Below are positions 19,505 through 29,828 of a stretch of 64,000 bases of DNA, piece by piece; positions within the stretch are counted from its first letter, which is position 1, and every line of letters starts with the position of its first letter. Where the stretch lies: the IMG/VR virus record IMGVR_UViG_3300027741_000022, positions 64,001 through 128,000 of that record. One strand, given 5' to 3'. The position numbers and the translations under genes were made by a program. The stretch comes from a virus. The notes beneath the pieces were generated by a model. The model was not told the DNA's origin, made no database searches, and saw only the letters and a program-made list of their open reading frames with translations.

Positions 19505-19786
19505 ATGGGTTCTTTAACAGTTGTTAAGCCTGCAGGCAGTGTTGCACTTCCCGATAATGATCAGTGGTCAAATCGCTTTGAAATTAGAAGCGAAAGCAGC
19601 AATAGAGTGTATATTGTTGCTCAAAATAAGAAAACTGGTAATTGGGGTTGTAGCTGCCCTGGATATTTGAGTAAGAGAAAGTGCAAGCATCTTATTGATG
19701 GTTGTGGTCTTGACGAGCAGCAGATTCATGGTAACAAGAATGCTATTGAAAATCATTCTCCTTCAACTTACAAAAGGATTGGTTGA
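19505..19786 (+). CDS. SWIM zinc-finger protein
   Basis: CSCPG..CKH; strong SD. Confidence 0.75.
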   Translation: MGSLTVVKPAGSVALPDNDQWSNRFEIRSESSNRVYIVAQNKKTGNWGCSCPGYLSKRKCKHLIDGCGLDEQQIHGNKNAIENHSPSTYKRIG

Positions 19787-20151
19787 TGGGCGCCAGTTTT
19801 AACTACGTTATTGTTCCTAAGAAAATTCAGTCGAGAAAAGACTTGAAAAAGTTTTATGAAGACACCAAGCAGAAATTATTTGATGAATACGGCGAAGATT
19901 TTGAGGGATACAGTGGCGACATGGCGGTAGATAATGGAGAGCTTGAGATTAAAGAAGATCTTAAGCTTGATTTAACGCGACTTGGTCTTCCTAAATACAA
20001 AAAGGTTTTGACCAAGAATAGCTTTAGTGAAGATTATAGTGTTGTAGAAAAGATGATGGACTTGGTAACTGAACACGTTGAAAAATGGGGTCCAAGCATC
20101 GCAATTAGAGTTAATGATCAATGGGTTATTTGTGGCTCCTATAGTGATTGA
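19783..20151 (+). CDS. hypothetical protein
   Basis: ORF, coupled. Confidence 0.6.
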   Translation: MMGASFNYVIVPKKIQSRKDLKKFYEDTKQKLFDEYGEDFEGYSGDMAVDNGELEIKEDLKLDLTRLGLPKYKKVLTKNSFSEDYSVVEKMMDLVTEHVEKWGPSIAIRVNDQWVICGSYSD

Positions 20152-20585
20152 GGAAACAAATGCAAGTTGTAATCACAGACGGTGGAAGAAAAGAAGCTGG
20201 ATATAAAGCCCGTAATTCTGGTGATTGTGTCTGCAGGGCAATATCAATTGCCACTAAACAGGATTACCAAAAGGTCTACGACGATCTAAACGAAGTTGCA
20301 GAAAGAGAACGCCCAAGAGGAAAAAAGAAAAGAAGTAATTCCAACACAGGTGTTCATAAAGTTACCATTAAGAGGTATATGGAAAATTTAGGTTGGACTT
20401 GGGTGCCGACCATGAAAATCGGAACTGGTTGTAAAGTTCATTTAAAAAAGGAAGAATTGCCTTCAGGAAGGCTCGTAGTCAGTGTCAGCAAACACTTAGT
20501 TGCTGTTATCGATGGAGTTATTCACGATAACCACAACCCAGCCAGAAATGGCACTCGTTGTGTTTATGGATATTGGACCAAATGA
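20148..20585 (+). CDS. phage protein with a Cys/His/Asp papain-like motif
   Basis: DCVCRAISIA..HLVAVIDGVIHD. Confidence 0.55.
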   Translation: MRKQMQVVITDGGRKEAGYKARNSGDCVCRAISIATKQDYQKVYDDLNEVAERERPRGKKKRSNSNTGVHKVTIKRYMENLGWTWVPTMKIGTGCKVHLKKEELPSGRLVVSVSKHLVAVIDGVIHDNHNPARNGTRCVYGYWTK

Positions 20586-21412
20586 AATTAGGCATCGTTG
20601 TTGGTACACACGGAACACCAGCTTTTATTCATTTACACCTTGAAATTTCCAAAAGATTATACCCAGAAAAGATTCTCATAGTAGATGATAATTCTTGTGA
20701 ATCAGATAAAATAAAGAATCTTTGCGAAGAATATAGTGTAGATTTCTTACCAGAAACTGGTTCGACAAAAGGTTTCTATGATAGTATCTATAAAGTTTGT
20801 ATAAACTGCAAGCAAGAAAAATTAACAATAAACGATATTTGCGAAAAATGTAATAAGCATTTTCTTGGTGACATTAGTTTAACTGCAAGCGGTCTTAGAT
20901 GGGCAAAAACCAATAATGTTGAATTATTGGTAAAATTCTCCAGAAGATTTATTCCTTTATATGATTGGCGTCAAGAGCTTGTTAGAATAGCTTTGACCAC
21001 TAATTATCCAGCATATACATCTTGGGACGAAGATAGCAAATTTGGCTTTAAAACTGAGGCTGTTGCTTTTACAGTTGATGATTGGATCAAATATGGTGCC
21101 GTTGACATAATGGAAAATTGCAAGCCCGCCTTGGCTGAATCTTTTATGTGGGCTAATTGCTTAAGATTATTTGAAATAAAAAAAATTAATGAGCAGAAGT
21201 TTTCATTTGATCAATTTAGACCAGTAGATCCATATTGGCACCTAATAAAGAACTATCAACTCGGATATGGACAGTGGTTTATAGCTGGTACTGCAAGATC
21301 TCAAAGATTAAGTTGGCGTTTATGGCATCACGTTAATTCACCAGCTGATTATCTATATCTGGCAAATAGTCTTGGAATTAATTATTATACAGAGAAAGAT
21401 TTCATAGTATGA
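20582..21412 (+). CDS. glycosyltransferase family 2-like protein
   Basis: IVVGTH..ILIVDDNS N-terminus. Confidence 0.6.
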   Translation: MKLGIVVGTHGTPAFIHLHLEISKRLYPEKILIVDDNSCESDKIKNLCEEYSVDFLPETGSTKGFYDSIYKVCINCKQEKLTINDICEKCNKHFLGDISLTASGLRWAKTNNVELLVKFSRRFIPLYDWRQELVRIALTTNYPAYTSWDEDSKFGFKTEAVAFTVDDWIKYGAVDIMENCKPALAESFMWANCLRLFEIKKINEQKFSFDQFRPVDPYWHLIKNYQLGYGQWFIAGTARSQRLSWRLWHHVNSPADYLYLANSLGINYYTEKDFIV

Positions 21413-21720
21413 AAAAAAAGCGTAATTTTGGCGATGTGTTTGCAAAATATAAAACATATGATGATAGTTGTGGCAGAGGTTGTGTAGATGAATGGAGTCA
21501 TTCATTTAATCAAAAATACTCTCAGCAAGAAGCAAAGAATATTGTAAAAGAAATCGATCCATATACTCTTATGGAATTGGATCGAGATTGCACTTTAGCG
21601 GATCTTAAGCTAAGATATAGAAAGCTTATGATGCAACACCATCCAGATCGCGGTGGTGATCCAATTAAATGCAAGATGATAATTGCAGCATACTCAATCT
21701 TAGAAATGAGACTATCTTGA
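21409..21720 (+). CDS. J-domain (DnaJ-like) protein
   Basis: LKLRYRKLMMQHHPDRGGD (HPD motif). Confidence 0.85.
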   Translation: MKKKRNFGDVFAKYKTYDDSCGRGCVDEWSHSFNQKYSQQEAKNIVKEIDPYTLMELDRDCTLADLKLRYRKLMMQHHPDRGGDPIKCKMIIAAYSILEMRLS

Positions 21721-22010
21721 AAGTTGAACATTTTGAATGTATTTGTTACAGCGATGAACACAGGCTTACATTCCAAATAGACGACGATATTAAGAATGGA
21801 TGGAAGCCAGAATTTTACACAAGTGTATTTCTAGCCGAACATAGCGATATTTTTAAAAGAATTTGGACTGCAATCAAATATATTTTTGGATATAAATGCA
21901 GATACGGTCATTGGGAAAATTTCATCATGAATGAAAAAGATATTGATAGGATGCTAACTGTCCTGCAAAACTACAAAAAAGTTCTAGAAGAGTCTAAAAA
22001 TGCTGGTTAA
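21717..22010 (+). CDS. hypothetical protein
   Basis: ORF; start uncertain. Confidence 0.55.
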   Translation: MKVEHFECICYSDEHRLTFQIDDDIKNGWKPEFYTSVFLAEHSDIFKRIWTAIKYIFGYKCRYGHWENFIMNEKDIDRMLTVLQNYKKVLEESKNAG

Positions 22011-22117
22011 TAGTACAGAATATGCTTGCGCCTTACTATCGATGCTTTTTGCTGGATTTGCATTAGGTGCTGGTATTTCCTCCTTTTTTCTGGCAAATGA
22101 AAAAAAATAACTTGATC

Positions 22118-22134
22118 TTTCTTCCTGGTACGCT
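22118..22134 (+). promoter_or_regulatory. repeated promoter-like motif, variant
   Basis: TTTCTTCCTGGTACGCT. Confidence 0.65.
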
Positions 22135-22183
22135 AGGATTGTGTCGTGATTGGTTTCGTTCATCTTTTATAGGAGAGCATTAA

Positions 22184-22462
22184 ATGGCTCGTAAGAAGCA
22201 GGTTGGTCGGACGGTTGGCAAGAAGTCGGTTGATGTTAAGACGTTCGTTAGCACCGTTATGGCTGCAAGCAAGAAGGGGCTTTCGCAGACTTGGGTTGCA
22301 AGTGAGCTTAATATCACCCCGGCTGCTGTTAGCCTTCGTTGCAAGTACCTCCGTGACAACGGGGTTAAGGGCTTGCCCGAATTTCCGCGTGGCAATCCCA
22401 CTACCGGAGGTCGGATTGATGTTAAGGCTTTGAACGATCTTGTTCGTTCTTGCCGTTCTTGA
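22184..22462 (+). CDS. HTH DNA-binding protein
   Basis: VASELNITPAAVSLRC; SD AGGAG; own terminator. Confidence 0.7.
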   Translation: MARKKQVGRTVGKKSVDVKTFVSTVMAASKKGLSQTWVASELNITPAAVSLRCKYLRDNGVKGLPEFPRGNPTTGGRIDVKALNDLVRSCRS

Positions 22463-22497
22463 TTCGATCTGGTAAAACAGATTGTGTTGTGAAGATC

Positions 22498-22537
22498 TTA
22501 AGCCGTTTGACTAATAATCAAGCGGCTTAATTTCTTT
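22498..22537 (+). terminator. intrinsic terminator
   Basis: TTAAGCCGTTTGA / TCAAGCGGCTTAA plus T-rich tail. Confidence 0.75.
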
Positions 22538-22572
22538 ATATTAATCAAACATCCCAAGAAAGGAGTCTTGTT

Positions 22573-22950
22573 ATGAATGGGTGGAATTCTGAAATAACCA
22601 CACTCAGATTCAATAAATTCTTATTGGATAATTGGAGGGGTAAAACCCCAGGCGAATTAGCCTCTATTTGGAATAAAGAGAATTCAAGATACAGAACAAA
22701 TTCTGTATGTGTTGTTCATTCTTTGAATAGACTTAAAATTAAAATACCTACTGATGAAATTCAAGGTATTAAAAGATTGAGAGAAAAAGAATCTGCCATC
22801 AAAAAGGGCAAAAGATACACAAGCTCTAAAGATTTATTTGAACAAATAAAAGCTGAAAGAATAAAGCTTATGATGGTCAGGGTTGAAAAGAATAGAGATT
22901 TATGGACAGGAATGGAAGCAGAAGAATCTGTTTATCACAATGAACAATAA
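22573..22950 (+). CDS. hypothetical protein
   Basis: ORF with SD. Confidence 0.6.
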   Translation: MNGWNSEITTLRFNKFLLDNWRGKTPGELASIWNKENSRYRTNSVCVVHSLNRLKIKIPTDEIQGIKRLREKESAIKKGKRYTSSKDLFEQIKAERIKLMMVRVEKNRDLWTGMEAEESVYHNEQ

Positions 22951-23155
22951 AGCGTTGCTTCAATCGTTTGAAAAAACTGTTTATTATGTCGCGGAAGATA
23001 AAGATGGTCCGTACATAACAAAAAATGAAGAGCCAAGTAAAAATGATACTTTGCTCTTTACATCTGAAAATTTATTTGTTGCCGAGTGTTTTCTTTGCAA
23101 GTGTTGTGAAAATTGGTTTGATGGAGAAGAAGATAGTGATAATGATGATGAATGA
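22940..23155 (+). CDS. hypothetical protein
   Basis: ORF, coupled. Confidence 0.55.
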   Translation: MNNKALLQSFEKTVYYVAEDKDGPYITKNEEPSKNDTLLFTSENLFVAECFLCKCCENWFDGEEDSDNDDE

Positions 23156-23783
23156 TTCAAACATCACTTTTGATATCAATAGCTTTAGCAGAGACAAAAT
23201 AAGTTTGTTGAAGTTCTTGTATTCACTTAAATACAAGGGTTTATTTAAAAGAACCAGAGAGCTAGATATTTTCTTTTCTCAACAGCCATCTTTGGCATAT
23301 AAGTACACTAGAAATATAATTGTTGAAAAAGAGTGGTCACCAGCCGGATTAAACCCTGGCAGATGGACATATATTAATGTTGACAAAAATAGACTTGATC
23401 CCGATCAAGAAAAAGTATTTTTAAAGAACATTAAGTTTGGAATAGCATATCTTGAAATAACTCAGCAAAAAAAGTTTAGAGACGAAAAATTACATAAAAA
23501 ATTTGAGAAAAAAGTTTATAAAGACTCTGGGGCTTCTTTTGATTACGCAACAAGAGTTTTATATGAAAGAATCCCCGAAGAAAAAGAAATTATTTTTCTT
23601 GACAATTATTATGTAATGTATCATTATGCCATGATTGTTATTAAAGGAAAGTTCCCGGACAAAATTCACAATCAAATTCATCTAAGAAGTTTTGAAAAAA
23701 ATGTTTGGAGATTTGATTGCTTGCAGGCTTACTTAAAGCAAGATTCGTCACTCCTAGATAAAAATTATAGTTATTACAGATAA
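23148..23783 (+). CDS. alpha-helical repeat family protein
   Basis: YAMIVIKGKFP and DYATRVL repeats. Confidence 0.6.
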   Translation: MNDSNITFDINSFSRDKISLLKFLYSLKYKGLFKRTRELDIFFSQQPSLAYKYTRNIIVEKEWSPAGLNPGRWTYINVDKNRLDPDQEKVFLKNIKFGIAYLEITQQKKFRDEKLHKKFEKKVYKDSGASFDYATRVLYERIPEEKEIIFLDNYYVMYHYAMIVIKGKFPDKIHNQIHLRSFEKNVWRFDCLQAYLKQDSSLLDKNYSYYR

Positions 23784-24241
23784 TGTTTGAAATAATTAGA
23801 CTGGAAGATAAAACAAAACAGTCTATACACCATAAAATCTTATCCGGAATTCCAGTTCGCAGGGGATTTCGTAAAAAAACATTTTGTGAAAAAGAATATG
23901 CTTCTGACCCAGGTGATTTTGGAAGAGGAATATACTACGATACTAACTACTATAGGGCAAAAACCTATGGAGAGGTCATTAAAAGTATTCTTAAATTGAC
24001 TAATCCAATTGTTCTATCGAGTGGTGAAGCATATGAAATTGCCGAAAAATTTCAAACTGTCAGACTAAATGATGATTGGTATACACAAAATAATTCTCAA
24101 GACTCCATGCGAGCAAGATTGAATAATGCTCAAAAAATGACAGAATTCTTTCTTAATCAAGGATATGATGGTCTTGCGTCTGTAAACACCAGAATGGGTT
24201 CAATAGAAATAGTTGATTATAGACCTTATATCGAAGGTTAG
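23783..24241 (+). CDS. putative ADP-ribosyltransferase-fold protein
   Basis: RRG..FGRGIYY..AKTYG..GYDG pattern. Confidence 0.45.
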   Translation: MFEIIRLEDKTKQSIHHKILSGIPVRRGFRKKTFCEKEYASDPGDFGRGIYYDTNYYRAKTYGEVIKSILKLTNPIVLSSGEAYEIAEKFQTVRLNDDWYTQNNSQDSMRARLNNAQKMTEFFLNQGYDGLASVNTRMGSIEIVDYRPYIEG

Positions 24242-24244
24242 AAG

Positions 24245-24261
24245 TTTCCTCCCGGTACGCT
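24245..24261 (+). promoter_or_regulatory. repeated promoter-like motif
   Basis: TTTCCTCCCGGTACGCT. Confidence 0.75.
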
Positions 24262-24301
24262 TCTTGTGCGAGAGGATTTCTCATTATCTCAGGAGTATAA
24301 A

Positions 24302-24985
24302 ATGATTAAAATCAACGATACATTCAGATCAGCTTACGCCGATAGCAACGCTCTTTGGAAGGTAATTAAGAAGAAGAGTAGCGACGTTTATCTTTGCGAA
24401 ATTGTAAACGAACCTGTTGAGTATGATGGTAAGGTTTTTGATGGTGATTATGCTGGTACTCAGAAGGTTTTTCTGGCTCAAGAAGTTGAGAGATCAATCA
24501 ATTTTGAAAGAGTTTTCGATAAGATTCGTCAAAATCATGATGAATATTATGATTCTTTAGTTGAGGGTCAAATTGTCCATTATCACAATGGATTTGGCGA
24601 GTATGTAAGGTGTAGGATTAATCAAGATAAAAAATTGGTTGCTTTTGCTTTGGTGGGCAATTGGAGAATCCATGACTTGCCAAAGCGTCTGGCTGATGGT
24701 AAAATTCATTTGTCTTATTACTGCAAGATGATAATGAATCAAGAGCCATTTAAGCCCAATGCTTCTAATATATTTGAATTCCCTGGATTCTCAGATAAAA
24801 ATAATTTCAGTCCAATCAATGCCTCAGAAGTAGACATTAGTATTCCCGAGCAAACCAAGGAAGAAAAGCACACAAGCAGTCTTTGGGTTACTTTAAACGA
24901 AATTCAAAAGGAAATCTCGGATAACATTAGTCAAGATCCGAATGTTATTTTGGGGAAAATCAAGAAAATTATTTCAAGGAGTTGA
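24302..24985 (+). CDS. hypothetical protein
   Basis: ORF with SD AGGAG. Confidence 0.7.
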   Translation: MIKINDTFRSAYADSNALWKVIKKKSSDVYLCEIVNEPVEYDGKVFDGDYAGTQKVFLAQEVERSINFERVFDKIRQNHDEYYDSLVEGQIVHYHNGFGEYVRCRINQDKKLVAFALVGNWRIHDLPKRLADGKIHLSYYCKMIMNQEPFKPNASNIFEFPGFSDKNNFSPINASEVDISIPEQTKEEKHTSSLWVTLNEIQKEISDNISQDPNVILGKIKKIISRS

Positions 24986-25725
24986 AAATGATTGAATGTA
25001 TCAAAAGTGCAGAAATTAGAGACGCACTCAATAGTGAGTCCCACAGCAAGAATACAAACTTGCTAAGAGATTTATTTACAGAAATTCCAACTCTGAAAAG
25101 TGTTGGCTTTTGCAAATACAATGAATATAATGATAATAATTATTCTGATTATTTCAAAATTACTTCAATAAATGGAGTAATTTTTGATCGTGATGACTGT
25201 TATGTCGATGAAGAAGGCAATGAAACAAAAGATTTGCCCAAAGAGATGCCAGATAGGAACTATGAAGTTCCATTCATCATCAAAACGCTAGAAAGCTTAT
25301 CAGAAGAATATGGTTATGACGATTATCTGGAAACAAGAGAATCTGTTTTAAGCAAACCCAGGAAAAAAGAAAATAAAGATAAAGCTTTCAATGCTTATTA
25401 TATCTCTTTAAAGACTGGTGAAAAAGTAAATGATTTATCTGTATTTAAAAACAATCCCAATTGGGCTCTTTATTATTCTATGGATGTTTTAAAAGACAGG
25501 CTTCCAAGGGAGATAGAGAGTGTTTTTAAGAAAGATATTAGATTTGCTTATTATTACGCAAAAAATGTCATAAAGGGTAGCCTTCCCGAAATGATTGAAA
25601 AGTATTTTCTTCAAAAAGCAAAAAATATTTTGCTTGAGACCTTTGATAAAGATGGTTATGTGAATCCCGAGGACAAATATTACCTTCGAAAATACGTAGA
25701 GTTTACTAACGGGAGCAAAAAGTAA
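24982..25725 (+). CDS. hypothetical protein with C-terminal helical repeats
   Basis: AYYYAKNVIKGSLP. Confidence 0.65.
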   Translation: MKMIECIKSAEIRDALNSESHSKNTNLLRDLFTEIPTLKSVGFCKYNEYNDNNYSDYFKITSINGVIFDRDDCYVDEEGNETKDLPKEMPDRNYEVPFIIKTLESLSEEYGYDDYLETRESVLSKPRKKENKDKAFNAYYISLKTGEKVNDLSVFKNNPNWALYYSMDVLKDRLPREIESVFKKDIRFAYYYAKNVIKGSLPEMIEKYFLQKAKNILLETFDKDGYVNPEDKYYLRKYVEFTNGSKK

Positions 25726-25893
25726 TGAAGAATTTTTTGATTTTTTCTGTTGTAGTTCTTGCAATTGTGTCTATGGGCTTTTCTAAAAAGACATACAAGT
25801 ACGTTTGTCCTAAGTGCAAGCTAGTTCAAGAGTATGAAAACATTGGAACAAAAAAGTGTCCCAATGATGGAAGAACCATGATTAGGAAGTAAG

Positions 25894-26415
25894 ATGGAAA
25901 TTCGACATAAATATTTATCTAAAACAAGATTCCCAGAAATTGTAGTTAGGGAATACGATTTTGATAAATTCTGTGCTAAGTATAGAATTTTCAGCAATAT
26001 TGTTTCTGAGATGAAGAATATAATTAGCTCTGGTTTTAAGAACTATCTTGTTAATATTGTGTCTGCCAATTATAAGGCTGGCGAAAGAACCTGTTCGGAC
26101 ACTCGATACCATGTAGATGGAGAGTTTAATAGCGGCAATGAGTATTGCATATGGTGCAGTGGCGTAAACAGAACAATTTTTCCAAGTGAAACAATTGAAC
26201 TTCAGGACTTTCCAGCCGACAGAAATTCCCAGAATGTTTTTCTTGAAAGAGCTTTGAAAGGTAAAAAGTCTTCTGAAATCCCTAATCAAACTTTTGTTCA
26301 TTATTCAAGCAAAGATCCACACAAGGGCGTAAATTGTAAAAAGTCAGGCAGGCGTGTTTTTATTCGTTTGATGGGAACAAATTACATTGGTGCAAAAAAT
26401 TATGCAAAAATCTAA
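25894..26415 (+). CDS. 2OG-Fe(II) dioxygenase-like protein
   Basis: YHVDG (HxD), distal H, RVFIR. Confidence 0.6.
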   Translation: MEIRHKYLSKTRFPEIVVREYDFDKFCAKYRIFSNIVSEMKNIISSGFKNYLVNIVSANYKAGERTCSDTRYHVDGEFNSGNEYCIWCSGVNRTIFPSETIELQDFPADRNSQNVFLERALKGKKSSEIPNQTFVHYSSKDPHKGVNCKKSGRRVFIRLMGTNYIGAKNYAKI

Positions 26416-27025
26416 ACCTATGTCTGTTTATTCTTATAAACAACACACAATAAACATATACTACGATAAAAACCCAGAAAATAACCCAAGGTCAAATGAT
26501 AATCTTGGAACTATTCTCTACGGAGATAATGAAGAATATCATGAACTTTGTAACTGGGGTGATGCAGTTGCAGATTGGGATGAGATAGAAGAAATAGAAA
26601 AAAATGACAGTTGCATATACACCCCAGTTTATGGTGCTGTAACAATGAATGGAATTGTTTTAAGTGCAAATCCTATTGGTGGTTTTGGCAAAAGTGGAAA
26701 ATGCGGAATAATTCACAACACAAAACGCAACCTTGATTTGATGAAGAGTTCTTACCACTCTTTCCAGAAAGATAGCAAATCTTTGCTCAGTAGTTTTTCT
26801 GATTATGATTGGGCTATCTCTGTTTTCAAAAAAGAAATACGAGTGTTTAGCGACTTCCTTGAAGGAAGAGTTTATGGCTATGAAACAGAAAATACTGCTG
26901 GGGAAGTTTTGGACAGTTGCTGGGGTTATATTGGAGTGGATATAAAAGAAATATACGAGGAAGCAAAAGAGATAATCGACAAGTGCTACTCTGAAAACGA
27001 AGAGCCTATTGAACAGCTTTATTGA
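26402..27025 (+). CDS. hypothetical protein
   Basis: ORF. Confidence 0.6.
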   Translation: MQKSKPMSVYSYKQHTINIYYDKNPENNPRSNDNLGTILYGDNEEYHELCNWGDAVADWDEIEEIEKNDSCIYTPVYGAVTMNGIVLSANPIGGFGKSGKCGIIHNTKRNLDLMKSSYHSFQKDSKSLLSSFSDYDWAISVFKKEIRVFSDFLEGRVYGYETENTAGEVLDSCWGYIGVDIKEIYEEAKEIIDKCYSENEEPIEQLY

Positions 27026-27029
27026 CGGA

Positions 27030-27057
27030 TTGACAAGAAGTTTCCTCGCGGTACGCT
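27030..27057 (+). promoter_or_regulatory. repeated motif with a perfect -35 box
   Basis: TTGACA-16 nt-TACGCT; core TTTCCTCGCGGTACGCT. Confidence 0.75.
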
Positions 27058-27110
27058 GTGGTGTTGTAGGACGGACGGATAGACAAAAATACTTATACAG
27101 GAGATATAAA

Positions 27111-27779
27111 ATGGGTTTTGCTGATGAAATTCCTTCGGACGATGCTGGCGATTCTAAGAAGAAGAGCAAGCCGAAGGAGCAGGTTTACTTTAGTGATACC
27201 GACGCTGGTGGTATGAATCTTTTTGATAAGGTTTCCGCTTTTAAGCACGCTATCAAGATTATTGAGGGCGAGCTGGATATTGCGGAAACTGATCTCAAGG
27301 CTGCACTTCGGCAGCGTTTTGCTCAAGAAGGCGTGAGGACTCATACCAAGCCCGAAAGCATTGAGGCTCAAGGTGATGTTGCCTCCTCCACAATTAGCTT
27401 CAAGAAGGGCATCAGCGTTCTTGATAAGAAGACTCAGACCGATTTTAAGAACCTTGGCGTCAACTTCAGTGTTGTTGAAAAGGTTGAAATCAAGAAGGCT
27501 GTTCTTCAAGATCAGTCTAAGGTCGATCAGCTCATTGATCTGATTAAGTCAGCTGGTCTAAAGGTCAGCGATTACTTTGATCGAACCGAGAAGATTGTTC
27601 CGAGTGATCGGACTACCTCCGATATTCTTGATAATGTCAAGGATGTCAGTAAGGTTGTAGAGTATTTCGAGAAGGTTAGCACTATTGCTATCGGAACTCC
27701 GCATTTCGACGGAGATAGCATTAAGGCTAAGAAGAAGATTGTGAGCATTCTTAATGCCACTGGAATCTTCCAGGTCTAA
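27111..27779 (+). CDS. hypothetical protein, probably highly expressed
   Basis: SD AGGAG, own promoter and terminator. Confidence 0.75.
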   Translation: MGFADEIPSDDAGDSKKKSKPKEQVYFSDTDAGGMNLFDKVSAFKHAIKIIEGELDIAETDLKAALRQRFAQEGVRTHTKPESIEAQGDVASSTISFKKGISVLDKKTQTDFKNLGVNFSVVEKVEIKKAVLQDQSKVDQLIDLIKSAGLKVSDYFDRTEKIVPSDRTTSDILDNVKDVSKVVEYFEKVSTIAIGTPHFDGDSIKAKKKIVSILNATGIFQV

Positions 27780-27800
27780 GTCGCCCTCTTAAGTGTTTTT

Positions 27801-27839
27801 ACAGGGAGGGTGGAATTTCCACCCTCCCTGTTTTTGTTT
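27801..27839 (+). terminator. intrinsic terminator
   Basis: ACAGGGAGGGTGG / CCACCCTCCCTGT plus T-tract. Confidence 0.85.
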
Positions 27840-27930
27840 AGGGATATGTTATGAACGAGAATGAATATTATGATTGGCTTGCAGAATTAGCCGGAACACA
27901 AGAAACACCAGAGGATTATAAGGTTTAACA

Positions 27931-28203
27931 ATGGATGATATCGACATAATTAATCTCCAGTATTTTGATCCGCAGGGAAGAATTTCTTCTGCTTATGTAG
28001 TTAGAACTTGGTTCTCAATGTATCCTAATAACAGCTATTCTGAAGAAGATTTTGTGGATGGTCTTTATTGTGCAAGAAATAAGGAAGATGCTTTCAAGCA
28101 AATGTTTGAAGATTTTGCTAAGAGTTGCCCCGAAAGGAAGATTGAAAAGTTTGAACTATTGAGAATTAATGGTGGAATTGAAAATCGAAAGCCAATGGTG
28201 TAA
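27931..28203 (+). CDS. hypothetical protein
   Basis: ORF. Confidence 0.55.
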   Translation: MDDIDIINLQYFDPQGRISSAYVVRTWFSMYPNNSYSEEDFVDGLYCARNKEDAFKQMFEDFAKSCPERKIEKFELLRINGGIENRKPMV

Positions 28204-28204
28204 T

Positions 28205-28789
28205 ATGAAAAATATTCCTGTAGGATCTGTTGTTAAAGGCTTTACAAAGCTCGGAAGTCAAACAAAAGAAAAATGGACAAGGGGAACTTATATTGGCAAC
28301 AATAAGGTGGAGTTTTGGACAGGTGTTGTAGTAACTCTGCCGGACGACAAGATCAAAGAGTATAAAAGGTTTGAGCGAATTGGTAAGGAATATCCAGAGC
28401 AAAGTGATTTTGTAAATAAAAATTGGAATAAACTCAAAGAAGATGTAAAAGAAAGCGTAAGTAAATTTTTTCCTCAAGTTAAACTTGAAATAGACGAAGA
28501 AGATTATGTTATTTATGCTCTTGAAAATTCAGTTAGTATTTGTCCTGCTATTATTGAGCGGGAAAGTATTTTTGCTTTTACAGAAACTTCCACTTGGCAG
28601 GTTTGCGTAGAGATAAATTATCCGTCTACACGTTGGGAGCCAAGCACAAGTGAGTTATCAGAAATCAGCGAGTCTCCAAACACTATAACAGCATCTAGAA
28701 TGTTCCTAGATGCTGTTTGGAAATACTCTACAGAAGATTATTGGCAGAACAAATATGATGATGAATTGGCAAAGGAGTTTGTTGATTAA
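28205..28789 (+). CDS. hypothetical protein
   Basis: ORF. Confidence 0.6.
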   Translation: MKNIPVGSVVKGFTKLGSQTKEKWTRGTYIGNNKVEFWTGVVVTLPDDKIKEYKRFERIGKEYPEQSDFVNKNWNKLKEDVKESVSKFFPQVKLEIDEEDYVIYALENSVSICPAIIERESIFAFTETSTWQVCVEINYPSTRWEPSTSELSEISESPNTITASRMFLDAVWKYSTEDYWQNKYDDELAKEFVD

Positions 28790-28839
28790 TAATACCTAAA
28801 AAGAAGTAGAAGAATGGCAAGCAATATAATATATATTGT

Positions 28840-29073
28840 ATGCCTAAATTTTATGTAAAACACAAAGATTTAACACTTCTCACAGATGAAATTAATTCAG
28901 AAAACGCAGCAGCTAGAATGATGCTTTTGCTTGAAGAGTTGAATACAAAAAGCTTAATTTATGTAGATGAACGAGGATACAGGACAAAAACTGCTGCATA
29001 CAAGTATAGTATTGTTAAAACAATTAGCAGGCACTCAAACAAGCCTGTTTGGTATTTGAAAATCAAAAAATAA
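28840..29073 (+). CDS. hypothetical protein
   Basis: ORF. Confidence 0.5.
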   Translation: MPKFYVKHKDLTLLTDEINSENAAARMMLLLEELNTKSLIYVDERGYRTKTAAYKYSIVKTISRHSNKPVWYLKIKK

Positions 29074-29157
29074 TGCTGTTTCTTTTGAGGCTCTATACAA
29101 AGAGGTCAGCAGCAGATACAATACGTCGGTATTTTTCCGATCCTTCAAGGAAGAAGA

Positions 29158-29619
29158 TTGTTTATGAAAGAAATGAATCCAGAGCTAGTTGAATCACTGG
29201 CTTATCTGGAAGAAAAACAACAACGATCTAAATCTTTGGTTGTTTGGGATACACCAACACCAATTATTGATTTTGGATCTTTTGAGTGGGAAGTTCCTTT
29301 TCTCACTGTTTGGCTTGACGATGTAAGACCAATGCCAAAAGATTTTGATGTTCATGTGACAAACGCACATGATGCAATAGAAATACTTAAAAAAAATAGA
29401 GTTAGACTTATCAGTCTTGATCATGATTTGGGTGAAGATACTCAAACAGGATATGATGTCGCAAAGTTTATTGAAAAACAGGCTTACGAATACTCAATAG
29501 ACAATAAAAATGGTTTGAAGCCCATCGAAATTAGGGTTCATTCCTCAAATCCTGCTGGTGTTAAAAATATTTTGATGTGCATTGAAAACGCATATGATTT
29601 TTGGGATACGGAGGCTTAA
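29158..29619 (+). CDS. cyclic-phosphate-processing receiver domain protein
   Basis: WLDDVRP, ISLDHDLG, TGYD, VHSSNP. Confidence 0.75.
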   Translation: MFMKEMNPELVESLAYLEEKQQRSKSLVVWDTPTPIIDFGSFEWEVPFLTVWLDDVRPMPKDFDVHVTNAHDAIEILKKNRVRLISLDHDLGEDTQTGYDVAKFIEKQAYEYSIDNKNGLKPIEIRVHSSNPAGVKNILMCIENAYDFWDTEA

Positions 29620-29828
29620 ATGATTATTTCTCTTAACAAGGACATTAATTGTGAGCTGGTCTGTAGAATTGTTAAAGAATTAATTCAAAAGAATGTTAAA
29701 TCAAAAGAACAAGCTAGTAATATGGCTTTGTCTATTACAATTGTTGAAATAAAAGATGCAGAAGAAAATGCTACTCTTGCTATAGAGCAAAAATAATTAA
29801 ATAGTCTATCATTCAAACGAGGGATCGT

